Shown here: positions 42,775 through 64,000 of the stretch, piece by piece
Numbering within the stretch: position 1 is the first letter of the stretch
How the letters are laid out: each line of letters starts with the position of its first letter
From: Eledone cirrhosa
Taxonomy: Eukaryota
NCBI GenBank assembly: GCA_964016885.1
Contig: OZ024746.1
Location: 56,296,001 to 56,360,000, forward strand
Length of the DNA stretch: 64,000 nucleotides
Direction of reading: 5' to 3'
The notes under the pieces: model-generated
What the model was told of the DNA's origin: nothing
What the model saw: only the letters and a program-made list of their open reading frames with translations
The model's database searches: none
Position numbers and translations under genes: made by a program

Positions 42775-44060
42775 CCACGGGCGGAGGTGGCGAACATTTA
42801 CATAACGTCCGTCACTTACTACTGCCTGACTGTCGTGCCTTGCCCTAAGGAAACACTCACCACCATGGAACGCATGCCCTTCCAATTTCTTTGGAAGAAG
42901 CGTCCTCCTATGGTGAGAAGATCCATCTGCTGCCAACAACCTTCGAAAGGAGGGCTGGGGATGCCGTGGTTGATGATGCGTAGGCACGCATTAAGGCTAC
43001 GGCACCTACAGGTATTCCTCACTGGTCAACCGGTGTGGGTTCCGTTCGTGAAACGAGCCTTTCCGAGACTCGTCTCACTCACCGAGCTACAATCCTGGGT
43101 CAAGCAAAGATCCGGAAAACTGGGAGACTGGCACACTGAGTGTGCTCAGGCGCTCAGGGCTCTCTGGCAAGCGGGCCAGGCCATCGGTGGAGAATCCACC
43201 TCATCATTCTATAGAGGGCTGGTGGCTAGCAGGGGCGATGACACCCTTGGAGAGTCGCTGGACATGGAAGAAGACGAACTGGCCAGCCTGTTCGGTAGGA
43301 CTTTCGGCCCAGGACCAATGGACAACTTCCAGAAGTCACTGGCCTGGCAGTGCTACCGAGGGGCTCTACCCGTTCGAGAGAGGCTCTACAGACACGGGCG
43401 CCCGGGCAGGGATCCCTAAAAAAAGATTTGCCCTAGATGCGTGCGTCACGAAGAAACCGTAGCGCACGCATTGGTGCAATGTCCGGGCGTGGCTGATCTG
43501 TGGGGCTACGCCGAACAACTGCTGTCGCGGGTGGCGCCGATTAAATTGACCGCCGAGTCCGTGATGACAATCAAACCGCCTCCCCTCTTCACAAAGGAAG
43601 CAAAGGCGGTTTTTCTGTGCGTAATAGCCATGTTGAAAGAGGTTGTTTGGTGGACACGATTGAAAGGTCTGAGGTCAGGCAACTTCCTCTCTGGCCATAG
43701 TCTGGTCTACTTCTTCCGATATCACTTCGGAAGAAGGATAAGAATGGAGAGAGAGGTGCTTGGCCACAGGCAGTTTTATGAAAGGTGGGTGATAGTGGCG
43801 AGAATGGCTCGTGTAAATGGGCCTTCTCTGTATACCATCCTGTAGGTAAAGAAGTAAAGGAGAGGGGAGCACCTTCTCCATGTGCTCCCCGGGCAAAGGA
43901 TTGCACACTTTTTCGGGGGTGTGTGCAACCCCCATCACGTCCCCTCCCTTTTGAGGTTAGTTTCGATTATTTTCATGTTACACCCTTTTTACTCGATTAT
44001 ATGTAAACTCCCCCTTTGTATTTGTCCCTTCTTTTTATGCCTTTATGGTAAATAAAGAAA
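42775..44060 (+). mobile_element. 5'-truncated L1/Tx1 LINE (ORF2 C-terminus and 3' UTR) inserted in (TCTA)n
   Basis: KGGLGMP, LAWQCYRGALPV and C..C..EETVAHALVQCP motifs; homologous to 48436-49712; ctat repeats on both sides. Confidence 0.92.
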
Positions 44061-44399
44061 TCTATCTATCTATCTCCGGATAGTATAGATGTGATTCACA
44101 TCGGCTCCTCGATTATTTGGATATATTACATGTTAACAGTAAGTGTTTGTGTGTATTCTTACGTTATTGTGTTAATTAACCCTCTTGCTTGGGTCTTCGG
44201 AGATTAGGGTTAATTTATTTCACCCCTTTTGGGGTGAACCTTTTTATCCTAAAAATCTTGTTGTTATCTCTACGCTAGTAGTAATGGAAGCCATTACCAC
44301 AGGTAACGATGACACGCCTACTAAACAAACTTAAAGTGAGCTGGTAGCGGAGGCAACAATCCTCCCTACTGAAAGAATAATGATTATTAGAAACATTGA

Positions 44400-52870
<8,471 letters not shown>

Positions 52871-53043
52871 GGTAGAATATTTGGGACGCAGCAAAGGATG
52901 TTCAGAATTAAAATATAAATATAAGATTTAGGCGTAATATTTTTGAAAATAATATAGTCAAATAATCAAATAATGAGGTATATAAACCAAATGAACGTAA
53001 ACAATTTGGTATCCATGTGTGTTGATATTGTTGCTTTCCGTTC

Positions 53044-53238
53044 GGTGGTTTTATAGACTGTATCATTCGGTAGAGGGTCGGACGCATGGTTTCCAGCATA
53101 GTTACGTCCCTTTACGATCTGAGTAGAAATCCCGCCGAGGTTGACTTTGCCTTTCATCCTTACGTGGTCGATAAAATAAAGTACCAGTAATGCACTGGGT
53201 AATTGTTGGCCTTGTGCCTAAAGTAGAAACAATTATTA
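53044..53238 (+). mobile_element. tRNA-derived SINE
   Basis: Homolog of 7796-7985. Confidence 0.88.
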
Positions 53239-53247
53239 CGGCGAAAG

Positions 53248-53323
<76 letters not shown>

Positions 53324-53336
53324 CATACATACATAC

Positions 53337-53368
<32 letters not shown>

Positions 53369-53418
53369 GGCCTCAGTCGGATGGCTGGAACAGGTAAAAG
53401 AATAAAAGAGTATAATAA

Positions 53419-53462
<44 letters not shown>

Positions 53463-55321
53463 GTATGCATACGTTAAATATGCATATATGTATATAATCA
53501 CATGATTTCTGCATGTTGCATGTTGCTAGTTTTGTTTGGATGAGAGAAATGAAAGACAACTCTCAGCCCTCGTTTATTTGATTCGACATTATCTGCCAAT
53601 TACTAGGATTCTTGACGTCAAACCAATATTGTTACTCCCAGAGGATGTTATAACTTAATATTAATGAAAGGTCAGATATTGCTAAACAATGCAGCTTGCA
53701 ATAACGTAACACTATTACAACTGTTACTCGCAATCGAGTATGATTTCATAGTATTTAAAATACTTTTACTTAGGCTTTGAGGTACCAATGCTGTCAAGTG
53801 CCGACTCAGATATTTGTCTTACATTTCTCTTGATCTAGTGAATCATCAAGAATGGGACAAGTGTATGGAGAAAGTGCTGCTTAACAACGAGAATATACCT
53901 TCTTTATTCATCGCAATATCAATGTGTTGTGAGCTGAGAAAGCTTAGACTAAGAACAAAACGCTGTAACGACATTCCCAAATCAAACGACGTGATGTAAC
54001 GTTTGCATACTGATATTTTTGATGTATCTAGAGTGTATACCTTTGTATATATATCATGCTATTACATAATATGTCACTTTCTACGGTGAATATTTAGTCG
54101 TTCCGTCAACCGAACGTCTGTGACCGTGAAGTCGCTAAGTATTCACCAGACACCAAACAACACTTGAGGGTACTTAGTTAATAATTCATGCACATAAACT
54201 CTCTTTGTCTCTCTCTCTCTGCCATATATTGTACCTAAGTCTCATTTGAATCGTATCATTTCGTCATTTATAAAGCGTACGATTCATACACGATGCATAG
54301 ACATTATAACTGGAATGTCACTAAGAGGATAATAGTTGTAAGTTGAGGATTTACAGTGTTTTATAGTATGGAAAATATCAACGGCAACAAAAGTAACACC
54401 AACAAAAGCAGCAACAGATTTAGCAACATAGGTGACTGATGCATACATGTAATAGAACGAAATCATGAAACACCTATATACACACACATATATATATGTG
54501 TGTATATAAATATAAAGATGAAGAGAAAGGATCCATCTAGGTCATATGAAGCAAACATTACACATCCTTTTTTTTAAGAACATTATTCTCCTTACATCGG
54601 TAAGGGTAAACTGAGGAACACAATATTGTATGGATAAACATTTTAATTTAGAACATCCTATTCATCTGATTTTGTATTAATTGAATTCAAATGTATCCGT
54701 GGTAAAATATGCCTTTCAAATGTTTTTTTGGCAGATGCTAAAGTGCCAGCCCAGCCACATACAAGCTTTTCTTATTTCACCCTCATTCCACTTTCTCTCC
54801 TTTTACTTTTGGAAAGGAGTTCATATCCCTCCCTACGCTAGATCATCCTACATATATGTGTAACATGAACAGTAATCTTCCTGAAATTGTAGCAGAAAAG
54901 TGTACACGGTTTTACTCCATTGTCTCTTTAGAATACCATTAAGACCATGTTCCCTAATCTGAGAAAAATAAAAAGGATCCTTTGAACAAATACGTCTTTA
55001 ATCGAAATATTAATTAATACAACTACTTCTTATATAACATTGTAATTTCGATTTTTAAAACGAAGAGGTTACATACAATGTGATATCCCCCCTACGTTAG
55101 ATCATCCTACATACATGTTGACCATGAAAAACAATCTTAGTGTAAATGTAGCACAACATTTTAATCCGTTTTATTCTATTATGTATTTATCCGAGTGCTA
55201 AAAACTAATACAAATGGGAATTATATGTGCCTGAATTAATATGGTAACCTGACGCTGTTTGGAGTATAAGGAATACTTAAGTTCCTTCAAAATTTCCGTA
55301 ACGAGATGGGCACTAACTTAC

Positions 55322-55449
55322 AGTCAGATTAATACAACTAGGTACCTTGAACTGGAAACTCGTAGAACTTATCTTACAATCTGCTCGAAAGTGGTTAATG
55401 AAATTTAAGTGATGGATTCTGAGGCGCCAGCATCCTTGTATACCAAATC
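55322..55449 (-). CDS. Candidate host exon (FGIQGCWRLRIHHLNFINHFRADCKISSTSFQFKVPSCINLT)
   Basis: tctttgttatag acceptor, gtaagt donor, 128 nt; only one frame is open (phase 1 to 0). Confidence 0.45.
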
Positions 55450-55528
55450 CTATAACAAAGATCACAGCCAAACCAGAAAACACTGCAATTAACGGCAATA
55501 TCAGTATATTAAGATGGTTTAATGACAT

Positions 55529-55715
55529 CGGTGAATTGGCAGTATCGGTAGAGGGTTGGACGCTATGCTTTCTAGTATAGTTACGTTTCTTTACGGTCTG
55601 AGTTCAAATCCCGTCGATGTTAACTTTGCCTTTCATCCTTACGGGGTCGATAAAATAAAGTACCACTAATGTACTGGGTTATTGCTGGCCTTGTGCCAAA
55701 ATTAGAAACAATTAT
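55529..55715 (+). mobile_element. tRNA-derived SINE
   Basis: Homolog of 7796-7985. Confidence 0.9.
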
Positions 55716-55951
55716 TGGTTCTTATCTATATATTAATATATACTACTTTGTTTTATTGTTTAGAAAAATGCCGAGATAAAGCACGACATATATTAAAGAC
55801 ACTGTTGCAGCCCACTAAGTAATTGTTTATGTATTTAATATGTACGATATTTTCTTTGTAATTATATATCGTCATTCATTTAGAGCTAATATGTTTAATT
55901 CATTCTTTATATACATGTATTTACGTATGTATATATATATATATATATATA

Positions 55952-57435
55952 GAATAGAATTAAACGAAATTTCATTTCTCACTCTTAGTACGGCAGTTAC
56001 TTATATGTAAGTATGTATGTATGTATACGTACATACATATATGTATACATATGTACAGTAGTATGTATATATACACATACATGCACACATATATATATAT
56101 ATATATATGCATGTATCGGTTTACCGAACATTTATTATAATGCTCAGTTTGTTTGCAAACAAACAAACAGCCCGAATTACGCCGTACAGTGTTTAGGCAA
56201 CCACGTCACCTTTTTGTTCAACACTGACACAGGAACGATGTACTAGTTTCAACCTTATTAGATAACGTCAGCATCGTACACCTTCCTGCCAGATGGTTGA
56301 ACGTCTGGAAGTATATATTTTCCTTATGCATATTAACGGCTGAGCAGCCTAATTTGCATATCAAGTGAGTTTAGTCGGCCGGGCGCACTGAAAACGAAAA
56401 ATTGAATAGAATGAAACGAAATTTCATTTCTCACTCTTAGTACGGCAGTTACTTAAATGTGAGTATGTATGTATGTATGTATACGTACATACATATATGT
56501 ATACAGATGTACAGTAGTATGTATATATACACATACATGCACATATATATACATGCACGTATCGGTTTACCGAACATTTATTATAATACTCGGTTTGTTT
56601 GTAAACAAACAAACAGACCGAATTACGCCGTACAGTGTTTAGGCAACCGCGTCACCTTTTTGTCCAACACTGACAGAGGAACGATGTACTAGTTTCCAGC
56701 TTATTAGCTATCGTCAGCATCGTACACCTTCCTGCCAGATGGTTGAACGTCTGAAAGTATATACTTTCATTATGCATATTAACGGCTGAGAAGCCTAATT
56801 TGCATATCGAGTGAGTTTAGTCGGCCGGGCGCACCGAAAACGATAAATGGAATAGAATGAAACGAAATTTCATTTCTCACTCTTAGTACGGCACTTACTT
56901 AAATGTAAGTATGTATGTATACGTACTTACATATATGTATACAAACGTACAGTAGCATGTCTATATATACATAAATGCACACATATATATATGCACGTAT
57001 CGGTTTACCGAACATTTATTATAATGCTCGGATTATTTGTAAACAAACAAACAGCCCGAATTACGGCGTACACTATTTAGGCAAACACGTCACCTTTTTG
57101 TTCAACACACCATTTTTCGTTTTCGGTACGCCTAGCCAACTAAACTCACTCGATATGCAAATTAGGCTGCCTAGACGTTAATATGCATAGGGAAAGTATA
57201 TACTTTCAGGCGTTCAAACATCTGGCAGGAAAGTATACGATGCTGAGGATAGCTAATAAGCTTGAAACTAATACATCGTTCCTGTGTCAGTGTTGAACAA
57301 AAAGGTGACGTGATTGCCTAAACACTGTACGGCTTAATTCGGGGTGTTTGTTTGTTTACAAACAAACCGAGCATTATAATAAATGTTCGGTAAACCGATA
57401 CGGGCATATATATATATATGTGTGCATGTATGTAT
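55952..57435. repeat. Older family A array: about 2.6 units on minus, then a partial unit on plus
   Basis: HHRs at 56235-56277 (-, decayed), 56681-56723 (-) and 57237-57279 (+, CTGAGGA); inversion at about 57108-57115. Confidence 0.9.
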
Positions 57436-57825
57436 TTATTAAAATAACAGATTAAAGTTTAAGCAAAGAATCGCTGCTTTCACCCTTAACGGGATCTTCT
57501 GAAACTAACAAAGTCAATCTGTAAACGCAGAACTGGATATTTCAAAAAACGTTGCAACCGGAGGAAGACAGGAAGACGATACTCTGGTTCGTGGAAACGT
57601 TCGCTGGCAAAGAACGGGAAAAAAACTAATATAATACGTCATTAATAGGAGCTGTGAAAAGCAATTACGCGCAAAGACAGAACCACGTTTATGGTATAAA
57701 AAAGGTCGTAGACTAATGTTCCTTAGGTGGTGCATAGAGACGTTCTCTGGCAATGAACGAAAAAACGAAGATAATACGTCATATGTGGAGCGTGGAGAAC
57801 AATAGCACGCAAAGACACAACCACA
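57436..57825 (-). mobile_element. Solo family D terminal repeat
   Basis: Homologous to 51070-51485; HHR-like motif at 57456-57506. Confidence 0.82.
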
Positions 57826-57852
57826 TATAAATATATATATATATATATATAT

Positions 57853-57967
57853 AAGTTGAAATAAAATGAAAACGAAATTTCATTTCTCACTCCTAGTACG
57901 GCACTTACTTAAATGTAAGTATGTGTGTATACGTACATACATATATGTATACAGACGCACAGTAGCA

Positions 57968-58017
<50 letters not shown>

Positions 58018-58556
58018 CAGGTACACATACATATATGCACGTATCAGTCTAGCGGACGCTTACTATAACGCCGCTTTGTTCGTTTGTAAACAAACTGAAC
58101 AGCCTGAATTTTTATGCCGTACGGTGTTAAGGCAACCACGTCACCCTTTTGTCCAACACTGACACAGGAACGATGTACTAGTTTCAAGCTTGTTAGCTAT
58201 CATCAGCACCGTATACCCATCTGTCAGATAGTTGAACGTTTTCGGTATGCCTGCCCGACTTAGCTCACTCGATATGCAAATTAGGCTGCTCTGCCGTTAA
58301 TTTTCATAAGGAAAGTATATACTTTCGAACGTTCAACTAACTGGCAGATGGATATACGGTGCTGATGATAGCTAACAAGCTTGAAACTAGTACATCGTTC
58401 CTGTGTCAGTGTTAAACAAAAGGGTGACGTGGTTGCCTTAACACCTTACGGCATAAAAATTCAGGCTGTTCAGTTTGTTTACAAACGAACAAAGCGGCGT
58501 TATAGTAAGCGTCCGCTAGACTGATACGTGCATATATGTATGTGTACCTGTATGTA

Positions 58557-58604
<48 letters not shown>

Positions 58605-58654
58605 TGCTACTGTGCGTCTGTATACATATATGTATGTACGTATACACACATACT

Positions 58655-58658
<4 letters not shown>
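57853..58658. repeat. Family A1 head-to-head pair
   Basis: HHRs at 58170-58212 (-) and 58356-58398 (+); inversion at about 58237; TA-flanked. Confidence 0.9.
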
Positions 58659-58737
<79 letters not shown>

Positions 58738-58739
<2 letters not shown>

Positions 58740-58972
58740 AATGAATAGTAACAGGTAGACATCAAAAAAGGTAATTTATTCCGTGTGCTTACAAATGTTT
58801 CCACGGTGGTACTACCGTGGTACAACAGTGGTCACAGCATTGGATATTTGAGTTCTGCAAATGCTTGTAAATTTGCACATAGCATAACTAGGCTGTAGTA
58901 CCACCGTGGAAACATTTGTAAGCACACGGAATAAATTACCTTTTTTTGATGTCTACCTGTTATTATTCATTA
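58738..58972. repeat. TA-flanked inverted repeat (arms about 78 bp)
   Basis: 58738-58815 is the reverse complement of 58896-58972. Confidence 0.85.
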
Positions 58973-59091
58973 TTTATATACACTCCGGAATACAGAAGGA
59001 TCAGGAACTAAGTTTCTTCAACAATTCTTCCATAACTCGTACAGTAACCTCTCACCGTACGTCAACCATATCCAGTGTAGTAATCCTATAC

Positions 59092-59169
<78 letters not shown>

Positions 59170-59265
59170 TTTATTTATATATATATATACATATATTTAT
59201 TTATATATATATATATATTTATATATATGTATATATATATATTTATATATATGTATATATATATG

Positions 59266-59293
<28 letters not shown>

Positions 59294-59296
<3 letters not shown>

Positions 59297-59899
59297 TAAG
59301 ACAGGGGGGAAGAAAAAATGGCTTCACTTGTGCTTTCAACAAATTTATTTTCTTCACAAAATCCAAAAATAATTTTTTTCCGGATTAGAAACAAATTTTT
59401 TTTTTTTTTTTTTTTTCTTAAAAAAAAATTATTTTATAAATTAAGTTGTTGGTTGTTGGTTAGGTCTTAGGAGTTCTTGGTTAACGTAGGAGGTAGTTTT
59501 TCGTTTTTAGAAAGACCTTTCACGCTGAGGTGCGCTTGTCAAACTGATGTGTATGTGGTGTGTTGTTCTATATATAGGGATTTAACATATATATATAAAG
59601 AATTTATTAGTTAACAATCGTTTCTATAGTGTATGGGTTACCTATACCTCGCTATTTGAATAATATAAAAATATTGTCATAAACCGAAGGTACACTGCAA
59701 GCAAACACACCATGTCGTCATACCTTTGTATTGGAATGACCAACAACTTAATTTATAAAATAATTTTTTTTAAGGAAAAAAAAAATAAAAAAAATTGTTT
59801 CTAATCGGGAAAAAAATTATTTTTTCGATTTTGTGAAGAAAATAAATTTGTTGAAAGCACAAGTGAAGCCATTTTTTCTTCCCCCCCTGTCTTAATATA
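59294..59899. repeat. Inverted-repeat element (arms about 135 bp)
   Basis: 59294-59432 is the reverse complement of 59761-59899; weak HHR-like motif at 59509-59545 (-). Confidence 0.8.
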
Positions 59900-59928
59900 C
59901 CTAACTGTACCAAGGATTACACACATTT

Positions 59929-59969
<41 letters not shown>

Positions 59970-59971
<2 letters not shown>

Positions 59972-62900
59972 TGAATAAGAAAAAAACTACAAGAAAGGAA
60001 AATCGAATATTCTCAAAAATACCCAGATAACATCGACAATATCCGTATGACTGATGTAAAACTACCGGAAGAATTTACCAATGACCACACAGTAAATATC
60101 TATGGGAACACTTTAATCAGTGAACAAGAACAATAAATCCGGCGGCTACCACCAAAATTTGCCATCTACAAAAAGATTAACCCTATGGAGTGCAAAACGG
60201 AGCTGGAAAAGTGTTTCACAAAAATACGTTGGAATGCAAAGGTAAACAACAACAACAATGATAACGGTAGTAGTAATATAAACAATAATTCTGAGTATAG
60301 AAATAACAACCATAACTATAACAATAGCAGGAAAGTGATAAATAGTGATAATGGTAATAATACTAGCGATAGACAGAAGAACAACAACCACAATAATAAT
60401 AATAATAGAAACATTAACCACAGATACAGCAACAGCGACCACAGTAGTAATAACGGTAACAATACGAACAACAACAACAATAACCACAGTGGTAATAATG
60501 GAAATAGTACATGTAGCAACATCAATGATAGACACAACAAAAACAAGAAACATAATAAAAGTAACAACCACAATGGTAGAAATAACAGTAACAACAACAA
60601 CAATAACGGTGAAGTAAACAACAATACATCTAGCATTCATAACAATAATAATAATGCTAATGATAGAAACAACAACAACCACCCTGATAACAGTAATAGC
60701 AACACACACAACTATGACGATAGATATAATGACGACCCCTTAGAGAAACTATTTTTCAACCCAGCTGACAAAACATATAAGATGGTTAATATCTATCCTA
60801 CGAGGTTACCCTTTAATAAGAGTTTGCATACCACAACAAATAGATGACGAGACAGAGGCACAGTTCACCATAGCTAGAAATAAGATTAGACAAATAGTAG
60901 ACAGGTATACTAAGAGACACAGCAGACCAGAGGCCCAACAACTTGGGAGGAAACCTGTAGAAGGCTTGGTTAGACTCAAGCAGCGCACAAGGATGGTGAG
61001 GTAGTGTGTCTACCCACGGATAAGTCTGGTAGGATGTCAATAGATAGCATGCCGAACTACATCGAGGCTATGCAACCCCACATCACCAACACGAGCGAAA
61101 TTGCACAACAAACACACGATGGGAGAGAAAAAATCATCAGCGCTCACATGATGATGTGGACTGACATCCTAAAGCCAAGCAGACGCACTGCCAACAACGT
61201 CCAGGCGTCTAACAATGGCATACCACCCTTGTATGTGCTCCGCAAAGACCACAAGACAGTCGACGACCCGACAACAGGACCACCAACAAGACCCGTATGC
61301 GGAGCTAATATAGCTAGCAACTACAGGATCTCCTACTTCCTCTCAATGGTTATACGCCCCATAATCAAGATGTCCCCAGATGTATGTGACAGTACAGAGG
61401 ACCTCCTCAGCAGAATCAGTGAGTGCAACAAAATCAGGAGCCTATCCAACTGCATAATAGGCAGCATGGATGTGGTGTCACTGTACCCATCCATTAACAT
61501 TGATTTTGCTGTGAAAAGATGTGTGGAGATGATCATTGAGAGTGAGGTGGAGTTCTGCGACGTCGACACAGACGAACTGGGCCTCCTACTTAGACTTACC
61601 TACGACACTGACTACCAAGACAGCCATGACCTTAGATGTTTCTGCCCTAGTAGACCTATAAGAGGTAGACCCCCCCCCCCACCATAACCTCAATGGCAAA
61701 AAGACTCCCATGAGAAGGTGGATTGGGTGGACCAAAGCTATACGGACCCCCCAAAACAATGATCAGGTAAGAAAAATGGTCGCACATGCAATAGGGCCTA
61801 GTATCAAAACTACCCTAAAGGGCCACATATTTAAGTTCAACGAGAAAATCTACACCCAAAATGAGGGAGCAGCCATCGGCGTCAGCATAGCTGGTGATGT
61901 TGCCAACCTTTTCATGGTATGGTGGGAAAGGAGACTTAAAGATCTCCTTAATGAAAGCTCCATAGACCTCATCATGAACTCTCGTTATGTAGACGATATC
62001 AATATAGTTATAAGAACAACCCCACTAGAGAGCACTAACAAGTTTGATTTAGAGCGTAGCACGATGGAAAGCATCCAGCAGATAGCTAATTCCATACACC
62101 AGAGTATAACTGTAACTATCGACTTCCCTTCCAAACACCCTAACAATAGACTACCTGTATTAGACACATAACTCTGGATTAACACTATAGGCCAGAGAGC
62201 CCAAATTCTCCACTCACACTATGCTAAACCTATGACCTCCAAATACCTGATACTCAAAAACTCAGCAATGTCCGGTAGTGCTAAGTTTAATATTCTGATC
62301 GCAGATTTGATACGAGTGATGAAGAATGTGTCCCGCATGTGCGACCAAACAGAAATGGAAAGACACATCCAACACTTCATCAACCGCATGCAGTTCTCTG
62401 GCTACAACCAAAGAGACAGAGTCAGAATATACGAACGAGCCATGGAAAAGTATAAGACCCTCATAGAATTGGACATGAAAAAAATTTGCCCATTATAAAG
62501 GAGCAAATCATGGAATAGCTTAGATAGGGCTAGACATAAGATAGGGAAAGCCAGCTCATGGTACGACAACCAGAGATACCAGAGTGTCATGTTTGTGGAC
62601 GCCACCCCTGGAGGGAAATAAGCTAACCAGTTTAGAAAGGCCCTGTGAAAGACCCACTTAAAAATAAAGGTGGTTGAAAAGCCAGGAACAACCATAAAAT
62701 CCCTGATCAGCAAAACCTACCCTTTTAAGAAAACCCACTGTACCAATAGGAAATGTATCATATGTAAGGTGAACCCCCGGATAAACTGTAAAACTAGAAA
62801 CGTAGTCTATAGCATAAGATGTACAGAGGGTACTTGCAGAAACATGACAACAACATACATAGGTGAGACAGCTCGTAGCATAGGTGAAATGATAGACCAA

Positions 62901-63610
62901 CACTGGGGGGAACTAAAAGGACGAAAAAACGGGTCAGTACTATACGAACACGCTAGACAACAACATGACGGTAACATAGACAACATAGAAAATAGAATAA
63001 TATCTAAACATAGAAATGACCCAGCAGATAGGCAAATCAGAGAGACCGGTGAAATAGAAATTAGAAGACCGAAGCTAAACAGAAAGAATGAATGGAATAA
63101 CAACAACAACCAAACAAACAACACTAACCTCAGAGAAGTATAAATAAGTAAATAAAATAAGATAAATAAATAAATACATACACAAGCACAATAACAACAA
63201 GCACATAAACACACTCTAGTCACCCATCACACAGCAAACATAACACTATACACACACGCAAACGCATGCGCAAAGAAGACGAAATAAAACAAACAAACAA
63301 GCAAATAAATAAATAAATATATAGACATACTGAATAACAATACAACACAACAGGAGGAAAATATAACACCACTGACGATGTTGCAGATGAGCAACGAAAG
63401 ATTTATGATAAACTATATATATGTGTTTGTGTCTATATAGTATCTGTATTATTTTTCACCGGCGGTCAGTCAATGGCAACTTTGAAGACCGAGTAAGTTA
63501 GATTACCGATATAAAAGACAGCGAGAAGCGAAAACCAACCAAAACAGTGAGTGTGTTCTGCTATTAATTCTGGCAATATTACACAAATATGACCCTCCCC
63601 AAGTATAACA
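59970..63610 (+). mobile_element. Near full-length decayed Penelope-like element (RT and C-terminal GIY-YIG)
   Basis: LPTDKSG, PTRPVCG, SMDVVSLYPSI, QNEGAAIG..IAGDVANLFM, RYVDD, NVVYSIRC...YIGETARS. Several stops and frameshifts; begins at (TA)n. Confidence 0.95.
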
Positions 63611-63694
63611 ATATTTGTTTCGACACACGATTTCATATAAAAAACCTCGCAAAACTAATTCATCGCCGCTATAAATATATATATAATAAATAAA

Positions 63695-63735
<41 letters not shown>

Positions 63736-63758
63736 ATATATATATATATATGTGTGTG

Positions 63759-63794
<36 letters not shown>

Positions 63795-63862
63795 TATATA
63801 TATATATATGTGTGTGTATAAATATATATATATATATATATATATAAATTTATCAGAAGAGT

Positions 63863-63958
<96 letters not shown>

Positions 63959-63960
<2 letters not shown>

Positions 63961-64000
63961 CATAAGGAAAGTATATACTTTCAGACGTTCAAACATCTGG
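63959..64000 (+). repeat. Start of another family A unit, running off the window
   Basis: gcataaggaaagtatatactttcagacgttcaaacatctgg matches the sequence just upstream of the family A HHR (compare 57185-57225). Confidence 0.8.

Noticed and set aside
58738-58972. Hammerhead in this palindrome (GAAAC attt GTA agc)
   Set aside because: No CUGANGA-like strand or proper stem II.
62640-62650. In-frame TGA in the PLE as selenocysteine
   Set aside because: The sister copy has AGA at this position and other TAA stops are present, so this is ordinary decay.

Overview
Repeat-saturated, AT-rich animal DNA full of (TA)n microsatellites. The SINE family suggests a cephalopod, probably Octopus (inference). 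Almost all ORFs in the supplied track are microsatellite artefacts. Recognisable coding sequence is retroelement-derived and decayed: Penelope-like elements (PLEs) of two families, a near full-length L1/Tx1 LINE plus two fragments, and RTE-type LINE fragments. There are also about nine tRNA-SINE copies and a few weak candidate host exons on the minus strand. The main signal is non-coding: roughly 40 hammerhead ribozyme (HHR) or HHR-like motifs from several unrelated repeat families. Two apparently homogeneous tandem arrays (463-bp and 424-bp units) carry one minimal type I HHR per unit and look like non-LTR retrozymes. Nearly all paired HHR-bearing inserts are head-to-head inverted, most with their 3' ends running into (TA)n. 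Several motifs have non-canonical cores (U3-A8 compensatory pair, U4A). Folds were paired by eye, element boundaries are approximate, and no database search or activity test was possible.
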